Below, piece by piece: positions 28,681 to 37,923 of a DNA stretch of 64,000 nt. Below the pieces are notes generated by a model, which did not search any database, was not told the DNA's origin, and was given only the letters and a program-made list of their open reading frames with translations. A program made the translations under genes and the position numbers. Position 1 is the stretch's first letter, and each line of letters begins with the position of its first letter. The stretch spans positions 248,001 to 312,000 of IMG/VR virus record IMGVR_UViG_3300023184_000024; one strand, 5' to 3'.

Positions 28681-29439
28681 ATGCAAAATATTGTAATTGT
28701 AACCGGCGGGTTTGACCCCATCCATTCTGGACATATCTCTTATCTTAATCATGCTGATCACCTAGGCGATTACCTAGTGGTGGGATTAAATTCCGACGCA
28801 TGGCTTGCCCGTAAAAAAGGCCGCCCTTTTATGCCATGGCGTGAACGTATGACGGTGTTGGGCAACCTGCACATGGTTGACGAAGTAATTGAGTTCAACG
28901 ACGACGATGGGTCTAGTGTTGATGCCATACGTCAAGTCCGAGAAAAATATCCAGATGCACGTATTATCTTTGCCAATGGCGGAGATAGAACCAAGGACAA
29001 CATTCCAGAAATGGTGTTCGATGATGTGGAGTTTGTGTTTGGTGTTGGAGGAGAAGATAAAGCCAATTCCTCGTCCTGGATTTTAGAAGATTGGAAAAAG
29101 CCCCGAACAACTCGTGCATGGGGTTACTATCGTGTGCTACACGAAGTAGGCACTCATACCAAACTCAAAGAACTAACAGTAACACCCAAGACATGCTTGA
29201 GCATGCAACGTCACGAACACCGTGCTGAGTTTTGGTTTGTAGCCGAAGGTGAGGCTGCAGTCTATACCTTGGATTCGTCGAGCGACCATGACCTAGTCGG
29301 GCACTACAAACTGCATGAGCACATTTTTATTAACTTAGGGCAATGGCACATGTTGTGCAATGAAACTGACCAACCACTTAGATTAATTGAAATACAATAC
29401 GGCAATAATTGTATAGAAGAAGACATCGAACGTCAATGA
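28681..29439 (+). CDS. Cytidylyltransferase (RfaE-II/TagD-like) fused to a cupin (PMI type II-like)
   Basis: VTGGFDPIHSGH (HxGH), GLNSD, ANGGDR; C-terminal LSMQRHEHRAEFW...IEIQYG...EEDIER. Confidence 0.88.
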   Translation: MQNIVIVTGGFDPIHSGHISYLNHADHLGDYLVVGLNSDAWLARKKGRPFMPWRERMTVLGNLHMVDEVIEFNDDDGSSVDAIRQVREKYPDARIIFANGGDRTKDNIPEMVFDDVEFVFGVGGEDKANSSSWILEDWKKPRTTRAWGYYRVLHEVGTHTKLKELTVTPKTCLSMQRHEHRAEFWFVAEGEAAVYTLDSSSDHDLVGHYKLHEHIFINLGQWHMLCNETDQPLRLIEIQYGNNCIEEDIERQ

Positions 29440-30122
29440 AGCCAATTCCTGTATTTGTCGGCTACGATCCTAGAGAAGCTATAGCGTATCATACTTGTGT
29501 TAATAGTATTATACGTAATGCCAGTAAACCGGTGGCTATTATTCCTGTAGCATTAAACTTATTCAAAGACTACAAAGAAACACACACTGATGGCAGCAAT
29601 CATTTTATCTACACACGTTTTCTTGTGCCACACTTAATGGACTACACTGGATGGGCAATTTTTATTGACGGTGACATGATTGTGCGTGGAGACATTGTTG
29701 AGTTATGGGATTTGCAAAACCCTTACATGGATGTTATGGTAGTCAAACACGATTACAAAACACGCATGCCTGTTAAATATCTAGGAGCACGAAATGAAGA
29801 CTATCCTCGAAAAAATTGGAGTAGTGTTATTCTGTGGAATTGTAATAGTTTTCCTAACCGGCGACTTACTCCCGAGTTTATACAGAAATCCACAGGCAGT
29901 GAGCTCCACCGCTTCTCGTGGCTAGATGATGATCGCATAGGTGAACTGCCTTCGGAATGGAATTGGTTGGATGTTGAATACGAGTGGAACCCATCGGCCA
30001 AGTTGATTCATTACACACTAGGAACTCCGTGCTTTCATGAATTTTCCAATCAAGGCAACTTTGCCAATGACTGGCACAGAGAACGCATACTCACTGAGTA
30101 CTGCCAGCAACGCAGTATATAA
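29436..30122 (+). CDS. GT-A glycosyltransferase (GT8-like)
   Basis: Start corrected to 29436. VFVGYDPRE, FIDGDM, KNWSSV, WNWL, IHYTLGTP. Confidence 0.8.
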   Translation: MKPIPVFVGYDPREAIAYHTCVNSIIRNASKPVAIIPVALNLFKDYKETHTDGSNHFIYTRFLVPHLMDYTGWAIFIDGDMIVRGDIVELWDLQNPYMDVMVVKHDYKTRMPVKYLGARNEDYPRKNWSSVILWNCNSFPNRRLTPEFIQKSTGSELHRFSWLDDDRIGELPSEWNWLDVEYEWNPSAKLIHYTLGTPCFHEFSNQGNFANDWHRERILTEYCQQRSI

Positions 30123-30123
30123 A

Positions 30124-30930
30124 ATGAGTCCAACTGACTTTGTTTATCTCAGTGACAACGGCAACGATGAGTACATAAACATGTTGGCCAAAGCTGTTGG
30201 CGCCAATGTAACAGACACCAAGAAGTTTGATTTTTTAAAAACACACAATCCTATAGTTCTGCGTAGTATTCTTAAGAACAAAATTATGAATCGATGCAGA
30301 GAGACAGGTAGAGATTTTTACTATGTTGACTCGGGATATCTGGGCAATACTGTATCACCCAGGAATCGATTTGGAAATAAACTTTGGCATCGTATAGTTA
30401 AGAACGGGCTACAACACACAGAAATTCGTAAAAGACCAGCAGATAGATTAGATCAAATTGGCACGACATGGTCTAGAAAAAAATTGTCAGGTAGTAAAAT
30501 AATTGTGGCTGCGCCTGACGATAAACCTTGTCGACATTATGGAATTGATCTTGACACTTGGATCAATGACACTGTTTCTAAACTTAAACAGCACACTGAT
30601 CGAGAAATAGTTGTCCGACAACGAGTCAAGCACAAAACAGTGCGCATGGTTCACGACCCACTGTCAACTGTGTTGACACAGGATGTGCATGCTCTAGTAA
30701 CATTCAACAGTAACGCGGCTGTAGAAGCTGTAATTGCAGGAGTACCGGCATTCGTGCTGGCTCCAGAACACGTAGCAATGCCAGTGGCATCCTGCGATTT
30801 GTCAACAATAGAAGATCCATTTTGGCCAGACCAGGATTTAATGCATGACTGGCTATGCCACTTGGCGTACTGTCAGTTTCATGTAAAAGAACTCCAGCAC
30901 AAAAATATTTGGAACATCCTTAATGAATAA
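30124..30930 (+). CDS. GT-B / capsule-synthesis-like protein (paralogue 1 of 3)
   Basis: VDSGY, VVRQR, VTFNSNAAVEAVIAGVP; start uncertain. Confidence 0.6.
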   Translation: MSPTDFVYLSDNGNDEYINMLAKAVGANVTDTKKFDFLKTHNPIVLRSILKNKIMNRCRETGRDFYYVDSGYLGNTVSPRNRFGNKLWHRIVKNGLQHTEIRKRPADRLDQIGTTWSRKKLSGSKIIVAAPDDKPCRHYGIDLDTWINDTVSKLKQHTDREIVVRQRVKHKTVRMVHDPLSTVLTQDVHALVTFNSNAAVEAVIAGVPAFVLAPEHVAMPVASCDLSTIEDPFWPDQDLMHDWLCHLAYCQFHVKELQHKNIWNILNE

Positions 30931-31849
30931 GATATCAGTGGTTGTTTATCAAGATTGCTTGCCAAAGAATAACAACAACCCAGAAAAAATACAGGCCTTG
31001 CAAAAATTCTGGAAAGGTGTTCGCGTGTGTGGTGATAATGCAGTGATGTTGCCGGGCACAGATCTAGTAGACTGTGATGTTGCTGTTATACTTGGGTGGG
31101 TGCATAGTAATTCTAAAAACTCAAAACATCTTAATTTACGAAGACAAGTGATTGACACACAGCTGGCAAAAAACCGACATGTAGTTGTCATTGACAGCAA
31201 TTTGTTTTTATATAAAGACACGGCTAACCCAACTCATTATCTAAGATACAGTTTCAATGGAGTTTTTCCTGATACTGGCATATACTGCGACAGCAAGCCA
31301 ACACAGTCAAATTGGGACCAACTGGCTAAAAAACTGCAACTAGAAATCAAACCTTATCGCACACACGGAAACCATTTGCTTATTTGTTTGCAAAGAAATG
31401 GTGGGTGGAGCATGGGAGGGCAATCTGTGGTATCATGGATAGATGAAACATTGACCGAGATTAGACAACACTCAGATCGTCCTGTTGTACTGCGACCGCA
31501 CCCTGGCGACAAAACCATTTATGATTTTAGCAAGCACTTAAAACAGTTTGACAATGTCACTGTGTCGAGCCCCACAGATTCTTTGGTTGATAATCTTAAA
31601 GATTGCTGGGCTGTGGTTAATCATAATTCTAGCCCAGCTGTGGCAGCCGCTATTGAAGGATTTCCGATATTTTTAACAGACCCTGATAACAGCCAGTGTA
31701 GAGAAATTGCAAATACTGATTTCTCACTGTTAGAAAACCCAACATTGCCCGAAAGACAGGCTTGGCTCAACCGACTAGCAATGTTTCATTGGGATTTTGA
31801 CGATCTTCAACAAGGCCACTGCTGGAATCACATGCGGAAGTACCTGTAA
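30923..31849 (+). CDS. GT-B / capsule-synthesis-like protein (paralogue 2 of 3)
   Basis: VIDSN, LRPHPGD, VVNHNSSPAVAAAIEGFP. Confidence 0.6.
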   Translation: MNKISVVVYQDCLPKNNNNPEKIQALQKFWKGVRVCGDNAVMLPGTDLVDCDVAVILGWVHSNSKNSKHLNLRRQVIDTQLAKNRHVVVIDSNLFLYKDTANPTHYLRYSFNGVFPDTGIYCDSKPTQSNWDQLAKKLQLEIKPYRTHGNHLLICLQRNGGWSMGGQSVVSWIDETLTEIRQHSDRPVVLRPHPGDKTIYDFSKHLKQFDNVTVSSPTDSLVDNLKDCWAVVNHNSSPAVAAAIEGFPIFLTDPDNSQCREIANTDFSLLENPTLPERQAWLNRLAMFHWDFDDLQQGHCWNHMRKYL

Positions 31850-32555
31850 TATATTCCTGGAGTTTCTGAGCCCACTCGTGCCTAACCTGGCGCATCTCAT
31901 CTGACTTGTAGATCTTTTTTCGATAATCACGATTTAGATATGTAGAGTCTTGGTTATTGCCAGTTACGTCATATCGATCATGTATCACTGTTGCCGAGAT
32001 TGCACGAACTGCACCAATCTCATAACAAATATCTTGTATCCACGAATCGCATAAATTGCACAAACTTAATTTTCCAAAGATATCTATCCAGACCCGTGGC
32101 ACCAATGGAAACAGTGTAAGCTCACTTCTAAATTTTTCAGTGGCCATGTGTAACATTCCAATAAAATCTATGTTTTCTTTTACTTGGGTGTCCCAGTTTT
32201 CACTGACCATTATACAATCATCATTCCATAGCAACAGCCACTGACCGTTGGCAGTTTTGGCTAACAAGTTATAATAGTTATGTAATTCACTGTACCCCCA
32301 GGTCGGGGTACGATGTAGTTGTGAAGTTGCTCCAAACGTACCCAATAGCTCTGGCCAAAGACTAGAATTTAAGTACTTGTGTGTTTCAACATCGTCCTGG
32401 TCGTAGGCCACAGTGATTTCAATCAACTTTGGATTGGCAGCCTTTTCTAACAGTGAGCGCACAGTGCGCTCTAATAGGTGTACTCGTTGTCGTGTTGGTA
32501 ACATCACTGAAATTAATGTGTGTGGCTTCATGAAAATACTTAGCAGTGTGCCCAT
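31767..32555 (-). CDS. GT2-like glycosyltransferase
   Basis: ISVMLPTRQR, AYDQDD, LLWNDD. Confidence 0.75.
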   Translation of the reverse strand: MGTLLSIFMKPHTLISVMLPTRQRVHLLERTVRSLLEKAANPKLIEITVAYDQDDVETHKYLNSSLWPELLGTFGATSQLHRTPTWGYSELHNYYNLLAKTANGQWLLLWNDDCIMVSENWDTQVKENIDFIGMLHMATEKFRSELTLFPLVPRVWIDIFGKLSLCNLCDSWIQDICYEIGAVRAISATVIHDRYDVTGNNQDSTYLNRDYRKKIYKSDEMRQVRHEWAQKLQEYITGTSACDSSSGLVEDRQNPNETLLVG

Positions 32556-32557
32556 AC

Positions 32558-32569
32558 TATAAATATTTA
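32558..32569. promoter_or_regulatory. Bidirectional late-type promoter (palindrome TAAATATTTA)
   Basis: TATAAATA on + (32558-32565) and TAAATA on - (32564-32569), between divergent GT genes. Confidence 0.6.
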
Positions 32570-32571
32570 AT

Positions 32572-33228
32572 ATGAAAGCTTATGTAATTGGATTGTCTCG
32601 CATACCATCGTCGAGTTCTAGTGCACAACGTGTCATCAATGATCTTAAACAATTTGGTGTAGATGCTGAGTTTTTTGAAGGAACGTATGGAGATAAAGTC
32701 GCAAAGATCTTTGCCAAAGAACATCGCACACTATACCACACCAGTTTTAAAGGAAACCCAGTTGATGATGAATATCGTGCCTCGTGCATGCGACCGGGTG
32801 TAATGGGGTGTTTTCACAGTCATTACCGTCTCTGGGAACAATGTGCAAAAAACAAAGAACCAATATTAATTTTTGAAGATGATGTGATTTTTGAACGTGG
32901 ATTTATTCCAGTAGACTGGCATGATGTTTTGTTGTTGGCCACTGGCAAAGAAGTGTACACCAATGAGTTCTACGCCTCTAAACTTTATACCCCAGAAGGT
33001 GAACCACAGGCGGGCAAGTTCAAAGGCAAGGTAATGCCCGGCGCAGTGGGCTATGGACTCACGCCCACAGGGGCTAACAAACTGATCAACTTTTACAAAA
33101 CTACGTTCTTGCCAGCTGACAATGCCATGAATATTCGTGTTGTAACTCTACAATGTCACAATTATCTCATGGGCCGTGCTGATACCAATAAAAAAAGCTT
33201 GACTAAAAGCAACCAATGGGTTACTTAG
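32572..33228 (+). CDS. GT25-family glycosyltransferase
   Basis: YVIGL..R, FFEG, GCFHSHYRLW, ILIFEDD, PAD. Confidence 0.8.
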   Translation: MKAYVIGLSRIPSSSSSAQRVINDLKQFGVDAEFFEGTYGDKVAKIFAKEHRTLYHTSFKGNPVDDEYRASCMRPGVMGCFHSHYRLWEQCAKNKEPILIFEDDVIFERGFIPVDWHDVLLLATGKEVYTNEFYASKLYTPEGEPQAGKFKGKVMPGAVGYGLTPTGANKLINFYKTTFLPADNAMNIRVVTLQCHNYLMGRADTNKKSLTKSNQWVT

Positions 33229-34039
33229 AAGCAAGATGTTGCCAGTAAGGCTCACGGCGAGCAACTTTTAGATCTTTGAGTTTACTGTGGCCCAGTGATT
33301 TTCGATCTCCTTTGAGATGATCTAAATAACTCCCCCAACTACTGTTGATCAACGGGTGTCCTTCTCCGTTAATCAGCCCTGCACTCCAATTAAATTCCTG
33401 ACACGGCACGCTGTCACGTACTTTGTCAAATACATAACTGTCATGCCACTCGGCAAATTCAAATATAAAATCCTGATCATAGTATTCTTGGAATCTGTGC
33501 AAAAACATTTGCCCAAGACTTGACTGTAAGTTAACTGCGTATAAGCCACATTCGGTGTATTTTGCTTCCCTGCCAAGAAAACAAATGTCTTTGCCAGCAG
33601 GGCACATGGTTGTTAAAAATTTCATTCCGACCGGTCCGTGGCAAACCATATCGGCATCCATCCAAATTAACCAATCTGCATCTGTATTTTTAGCGGCATG
33701 AAAAATTGAATACACTTTATGTGAAAATCTCACAGCGTCCCATTTAAAACCTTTACCAGCATCTTTTCGTTTTGATCGTATTGGGTCATTGCCTACATCG
33801 CCATTGGCTTTGGGAACCCCACGCCACCGAGTTTTAAATGCTGTCAACTCGGGCACCGAAGAGTCAAGGTCAACCACAGTGAGATTATCAGCAGTTTCTA
33901 AAACGGTACAACCTTCAGCATAGACACGCAATTCAACTTCAGCGGGCCAGTTCTTTACAAATGTTGATATCATTCGTTGACCGTACTGTTGATAGCCTTG
34001 CTTGTTAAACGTTGTTACAACTATAAATTTTTGTGGCAT
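33221..34039 (-). CDS. GT-A-like nucleotide-sugar transferase
   Basis: VVTTFN...YG, RFSHKVYS, IWMDAD (DxD), EWHDSYVFD; minus-strand TAAATA at 34078-34083. Confidence 0.6.
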   Translation of the reverse strand: MPQKFIVVTTFNKQGYQQYGQRMISTFVKNWPAEVELRVYAEGCTVLETADNLTVVDLDSSVPELTAFKTRWRGVPKANGDVGNDPIRSKRKDAGKGFKWDAVRFSHKVYSIFHAAKNTDADWLIWMDADMVCHGPVGMKFLTTMCPAGKDICFLGREAKYTECGLYAVNLQSSLGQMFLHRFQEYYDQDFIFEFAEWHDSYVFDKVRDSVPCQEFNWSAGLINGEGHPLINSSWGSYLDHLKGDRKSLGHSKLKDLKVARREPYWQHLASK

Positions 34040-34083
34040 AGGTTTTAGATTAAGTAGTTAATGTTATTATATAGGGTTATTTA

Positions 34084-34944
34084 GTGATTAAAACAATGGC
34101 ATATTTTCCCACACAATGCGCCAGGAACAGCGTTGATGTATTGCCTGCGGTGCTGGCTAGTTTAAAAAATGCAGGAATTCAGTTAATTGAAAATTCAATG
34201 GACTGTGATGCCGCAATAATTTGGTCAGTGCTGTGGCAAGGCAGAATGGCCGCAAATCAGTTTGTGTATGAACAGTACCGACAACAAGGCAAGCCGGTTA
34301 TCATAGTTGAAGTGGGTGCATTGCATCGTGGCATTACATGGAAAGTAGCAGTCAACAATGTAACCGCCGACGGGTATTACGGACATCGTGATAATTTAGA
34401 TCTTGATCGTCCAAGGAAACTTGGTATTGCACTAAAACAAAAATCTGTCAACAACCCTAACATATTACTAACTGCCCAGCATTCAAAGAGTCTGCAACTA
34501 TCTGGTATAACAAGCATTGAACATTGGTTACTTGATCAAATTAAAGAAATAAGAAAAGTAACAGATCGACATATATTGATACGGCCCCACCCTAGATCTC
34601 CGATCAACAGACTCATGTTTGACAAATTCGTTAAATGGCAAAACCCTACCAAAATAGCAAATACCTATGACGATTTTGATTTTGGCACAGACTATCATGC
34701 CATAGTAAATTATAACAGCGGCCCCGGAATTCAGGCAGCACTTAATGGAACACCAGTTGTGGTTGACCAAACCAGCTTGGCCCACCCTGTGTCTATAAGT
34801 ATTGATACCATTGAGAATCCTGGGAATGTTGACAGAGAGCAATGGTTAATTGAACTTTGCCACACAGAATATACTTTAGAAGAATTGAAACAAGGACTAT
34901 GGTTAAAAAGGCTGCGCCGATCAGCACTCCAAGAACTGGCATAG
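34084..34944 (+). CDS. GT-B / capsule-synthesis-like protein (paralogue 3 of 3)
   Basis: VEVG, IRPHPRS, VNYNSGPGIQAALNGTP. Confidence 0.6.
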   Translation: MIKTMAYFPTQCARNSVDVLPAVLASLKNAGIQLIENSMDCDAAIIWSVLWQGRMAANQFVYEQYRQQGKPVIIVEVGALHRGITWKVAVNNVTADGYYGHRDNLDLDRPRKLGIALKQKSVNNPNILLTAQHSKSLQLSGITSIEHWLLDQIKEIRKVTDRHILIRPHPRSPINRLMFDKFVKWQNPTKIANTYDDFDFGTDYHAIVNYNSGPGIQAALNGTPVVVDQTSLAHPVSISIDTIENPGNVDREQWLIELCHTEYTLEELKQGLWLKRLRRSALQELA

Positions 34945-35645
34945 ATTGTGCGTGTGTAATACATGGCGATGTTTACAGTTGGGAGTATGTAGAAAAACTC
35001 TATTCTGCATTACAACGAAATTTCAGTGTGCCAGTGACACTTCATGTATTCACTGAACACAACAGACCAGTTCCTGCACACATGGTAAAGCATGTTCTAG
35101 AAGATTGGCCCAACATCAAAGGTGCTAGAAAGGCCTGGTGGTACAAGATGCAATTGTTTAATCAAAAAAACTTTCAAGGACAATTGCTTTATTTTGATTT
35201 GGATGTAGTGATAACAGGAAGTCTCGATTGGATATTGGGATTAAGCCCAAGCCACTTCTGGACCATACACGATTTTAGATTTTTATGGAAACCAAATTGG
35301 ACCGGCATGAACTCCAGTGTGATGTATTGGGATACTTCAAAATGGAATCAAATTTGGGTAGACTTTGCTGAAAAAACTGTGGACAATGTCAGCAAACAAC
35401 ATCCGGGCGACCAAGACTACATTGGCTCGGTCATTACTGAAAGCCAGAGACGTTTCTTTAATAAAAAATTTGTAAAAAGTTGGCGATGGGAAGTCAAAGA
35501 TGGCGGCCTAGACATGACTACTCGTGCTTATCGTAAACCCAACGCTGGTTCATCTCTGTTGCCAGAGACCAGCATTGTTGTTTTCCACGGCAACCCCAAG
35601 CCACATCAAATCCAAGACAGTGTGATAACCACGCATTGGGTGTGA
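34899..35645 (+). CDS. GT-A glycosyltransferase (GT8-like)
   Basis: Start corrected to 34899 (AAGGA RBS). WWYKMQLF, YFDLDVVI, NSSVM, GDQD, FHGNPKP. Confidence 0.75.
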   Translation: MVKKAAPISTPRTGIDCACVIHGDVYSWEYVEKLYSALQRNFSVPVTLHVFTEHNRPVPAHMVKHVLEDWPNIKGARKAWWYKMQLFNQKNFQGQLLYFDLDVVITGSLDWILGLSPSHFWTIHDFRFLWKPNWTGMNSSVMYWDTSKWNQIWVDFAEKTVDNVSKQHPGDQDYIGSVITESQRRFFNKKFVKSWRWEVKDGGLDMTTRAYRKPNAGSSLLPETSIVVFHGNPKPHQIQDSVITTHWV

Positions 35646-35685
35646 CAGTCATGAAAAGTGTGTGTTTTTAACCACACTGGTCTGG

Positions 35686-35714
35686 TTGACCAGAAATTGC
35701 CCATTTTGTATAAT
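35686..35714 (+). promoter_or_regulatory. Early sigma70 promoter
   Basis: TTGACC, N17, TATAAT followed by ACTAGT. Confidence 0.85.
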
Positions 35715-35745
35715 ACTAGTATTGTAAATTAATAAGGAGTCGATA

Positions 35746-36021
35746 ATGTCCGTTATTGAATATGCCGATTATGATACTAGATTAATATTAGAATGTGATA
35801 ATGGTCCCAATATTGATTCAGACGATTATGTAAATACTACAAAATCAGTTGATTGGAATATCAGTAATCTTTATGTCATGGGCGATTTTGAACCCGAGGA
35901 TATTGCTGAAATATTAGGCATTACCCTATTTAGAGTGGCTCAATGTCTAGCCCCACACGGCCTGGATTTTCCCGAGTTTAATGAGCCTGTGTGCTTTGAT
36001 CACAACGGAAATGTGTTGTAA
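35746..36021 (+). CDS. Small acidic hypothetical early protein
   Basis: Own promoter and AAGGAG RBS. Confidence 0.75.
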   Translation: MSVIEYADYDTRLILECDNGPNIDSDDYVNTTKSVDWNISNLYVMGDFEPEDIAEILGITLFRVAQCLAPHGLDFPEFNEPVCFDHNGNVL

Positions 36022-36041
36022 AAACACAACACACATTTCGG

Positions 36042-36070
36042 TTGACCGATATTTCCCAATTTGCTATAAT
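36042..36070 (+). promoter_or_regulatory. Early sigma70 promoter
   Basis: TTGACC, N17, TATAAT followed by ACTTGTAT. Confidence 0.85.
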
Positions 36071-36101
36071 ACTTGTATAGTAATTAAAAAGGAGCTCAGG
36101 C

Positions 36102-36281
36102 ATGCAAATGCGCACAGCAATCAAAGTTATTAAAAAAGAGGCAAATTTTTTGGGCATGGGCTTTTTGGAAACTCTGCAATTCATCCAGAAAAACCCCTTG
36201 GCTCAGCCCCATCAAGCTCTGGAAGCTTATAAGGTTGTTATGGGCGAGGGCACCAAGTTGTTTGTGCCACTTGACCAATAA
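36102..36281 (+). CDS. Small hypothetical early protein, 59 aa
   Basis: Not in the track. MQMRTAIKVIKKEANFLGMGFLETLQFIQKNPLAQPHQALEAYKVVMGEGTKLFVPLDQ; AAGGAG RBS and promoter. Confidence 0.75.
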   Translation: MQMRTAIKVIKKEANFLGMGFLETLQFIQKNPLAQPHQALEAYKVVMGEGTKLFVPLDQ

Positions 36282-36299
36282 TTCAACTAGTGCTATAAT
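36271..36299 (+). promoter_or_regulatory. Early sigma70 promoter
   Basis: TTGACC, N17, TATAAT followed by ACTTGTAT. Confidence 0.85.
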
Positions 36300-36329
36300 A
36301 CTTGTATAAACTAAAAAAAGGAGCTGGCA

Positions 36330-37361
36330 ATGACTCAAGTTGTAATACACAAAGGCACTTACCGCAATCAAACTGTGCGTGGTATTGCGTTTACCCTTGT
36401 CAAAGATTTTGCACAAGGTGCAAAAGGTGGTTTTGTGACTGTGGACAGTGACGGCCATTTCGGACCCGACCATGACGTAGTTCGAGTCAAAGTCGATAAC
36501 ATTGAAGATATTGAAATTGTTGGAGAATCCATGACATCTACTAAGCCCGCGAAAGTGGTAGAATTCAAACAGACACTGTCTGTCGAAACCGAAGAACAAG
36601 CAATGGCTCGTATCCGCGAGCGTTTTGAAATCCTTACAGAGATGACCAAGGCATGCACTGCCGGCGACATCCGTGCTATGATTGTGAGTGGCCCTCCTGG
36701 TGTAGGCAAGAGCTTTGGTGTTGAGAAAGAAGTTGACAAAGCCTGTTTGTTTGACAAGATTGCAGACAAGCGCCTCCGTGCAGAGGTAGTCAAAGGCAGT
36801 GCCACTCCAATTGGCCTATACCAGACTCTGTACAAATACAGTGATGCCAATTGTGTGTTGGTGTTTGACGACTGTGACAGCATCTTGTTAGATGACGTTG
36901 CACTCAACTTGCTGAAAGGTGCTTTGGACTCAGGCAAGAAACGTAAAATTAGTTGGTTGTCAGAGAGTAGTACTCTGCGCAGAGAAGGTATCCCAGACAG
37001 TTTTGAGTTTAAAGGCAGTGTGATCTTTATCACTAACTTAAAGTTTGACAAGATGAAGTCGCAAAAATTGCGTGACCACTTGGATGCATTGCAGAGTCGT
37101 TGTCACTATCTGGACTTGACGCTTGACACCATGCGTGACAAGATCCTGCGCATCAAGCAAATTGCCAAAGATGGTGTGTTGTTCCAGGACTACGAGTTCT
37201 CAGAGATGCAACAAGATGACATTATTGAGTTCATGAACACCAACCAAGCTCGCCTGCGTGAGATGAGCTTGCGCATGGCGTTGAAGATTGCAGACTTGGT
37301 CAAGAGCTTCCCTGCAAAGTGGAGACTCATGGCCGAGACAACTTGCATGAAGAGTGCCTAA
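36330..37361 (+). CDS. P-loop (AAA-like) ATPase, early
   Basis: IVSGPPGVGKS Walker A; VLVFDDCD Walker B; FITN; SRC. Confidence 0.8.
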   Translation: MTQVVIHKGTYRNQTVRGIAFTLVKDFAQGAKGGFVTVDSDGHFGPDHDVVRVKVDNIEDIEIVGESMTSTKPAKVVEFKQTLSVETEEQAMARIRERFEILTEMTKACTAGDIRAMIVSGPPGVGKSFGVEKEVDKACLFDKIADKRLRAEVVKGSATPIGLYQTLYKYSDANCVLVFDDCDSILLDDVALNLLKGALDSGKKRKISWLSESSTLRREGIPDSFEFKGSVIFITNLKFDKMKSQKLRDHLDALQSRCHYLDLTLDTMRDKILRIKQIAKDGVLFQDYEFSEMQQDDIIEFMNTNQARLREMSLRMALKIADLVKSFPAKWRLMAETTCMKSA

Positions 37362-37514
37362 ATGACTTGGGGCATTTTATTAAATGCCATATTCATGGTA
37401 TTGTGTTGGAGTTGGGCCACTGACGCCTTTAAAGAAGAACGCAATACCATGGGTTGGCTCAATATATTTGTGTCGGCCTGGAATGCGGCATCGATTGCCA
37501 GTGCCGTTTTATAA
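37362..37514 (+). CDS. Small membrane protein, 50 aa
   Basis: Not in the track. MTWGILLNAIFMVLCWSWATDAFKEERNTMGWLNIFVSAWNAASIASAVL; two hydrophobic segments. Confidence 0.65.
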   Translation: MTWGILLNAIFMVLCWSWATDAFKEERNTMGWLNIFVSAWNAASIASAVL

Positions 37515-37524
37515 AGGAATCACT

Positions 37525-37698
37525 ATGTTTGAAAAATTTGCAGTTTGGTTTGGGACATATCGCCGTCCCATTGGCTACACAATTGGCGGCATCAATGTAC
37601 TAGGTGGACTACAGTATTTTGCGCAAGGTAATACAGCGCAAGGTTGGTTGTTTTTTATGATTGGATACATTATACTTCTTGATACTTGGGACAACTAA
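37525..37698 (+). CDS. Small membrane protein, 57 aa
   Basis: Start corrected to 37525 (AAAGGA RBS); two hydrophobic segments. Confidence 0.7.
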   Translation: MFEKFAVWFGTYRRPIGYTIGGINVLGGLQYFAQGNTAQGWLFFMIGYIILLDTWDN

Positions 37699-37923
37699 AT
37701 GAATCAACTTATCGATAAACTAAAAAGTCAGTGCATTGTGCGTGAACAGCGTGGTACCAATGCCTTCGACAGTTATATGGTAGATAGATTTGACACTGAA
37801 AAGTTTGCCGAGTTGATTGTTAGGGAATGTGACCGTTATGCAAGAAGTGCCTGGGAACATGGTCCGTTGCTGGGCAGGGACTTGCTTATTCATTTTGGAA
37901 TTGTAGAGTTAACAGATGAATGA
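37699..37923 (+). CDS. Hypothetical protein, EKFAELIV family copy 1
   Basis: EKFAELIVREC...HFG. Confidence 0.75.
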   Translation: MNQLIDKLKSQCIVREQRGTNAFDSYMVDRFDTEKFAELIVRECDRYARSAWEHGPLLGRDLLIHFGIVELTDE

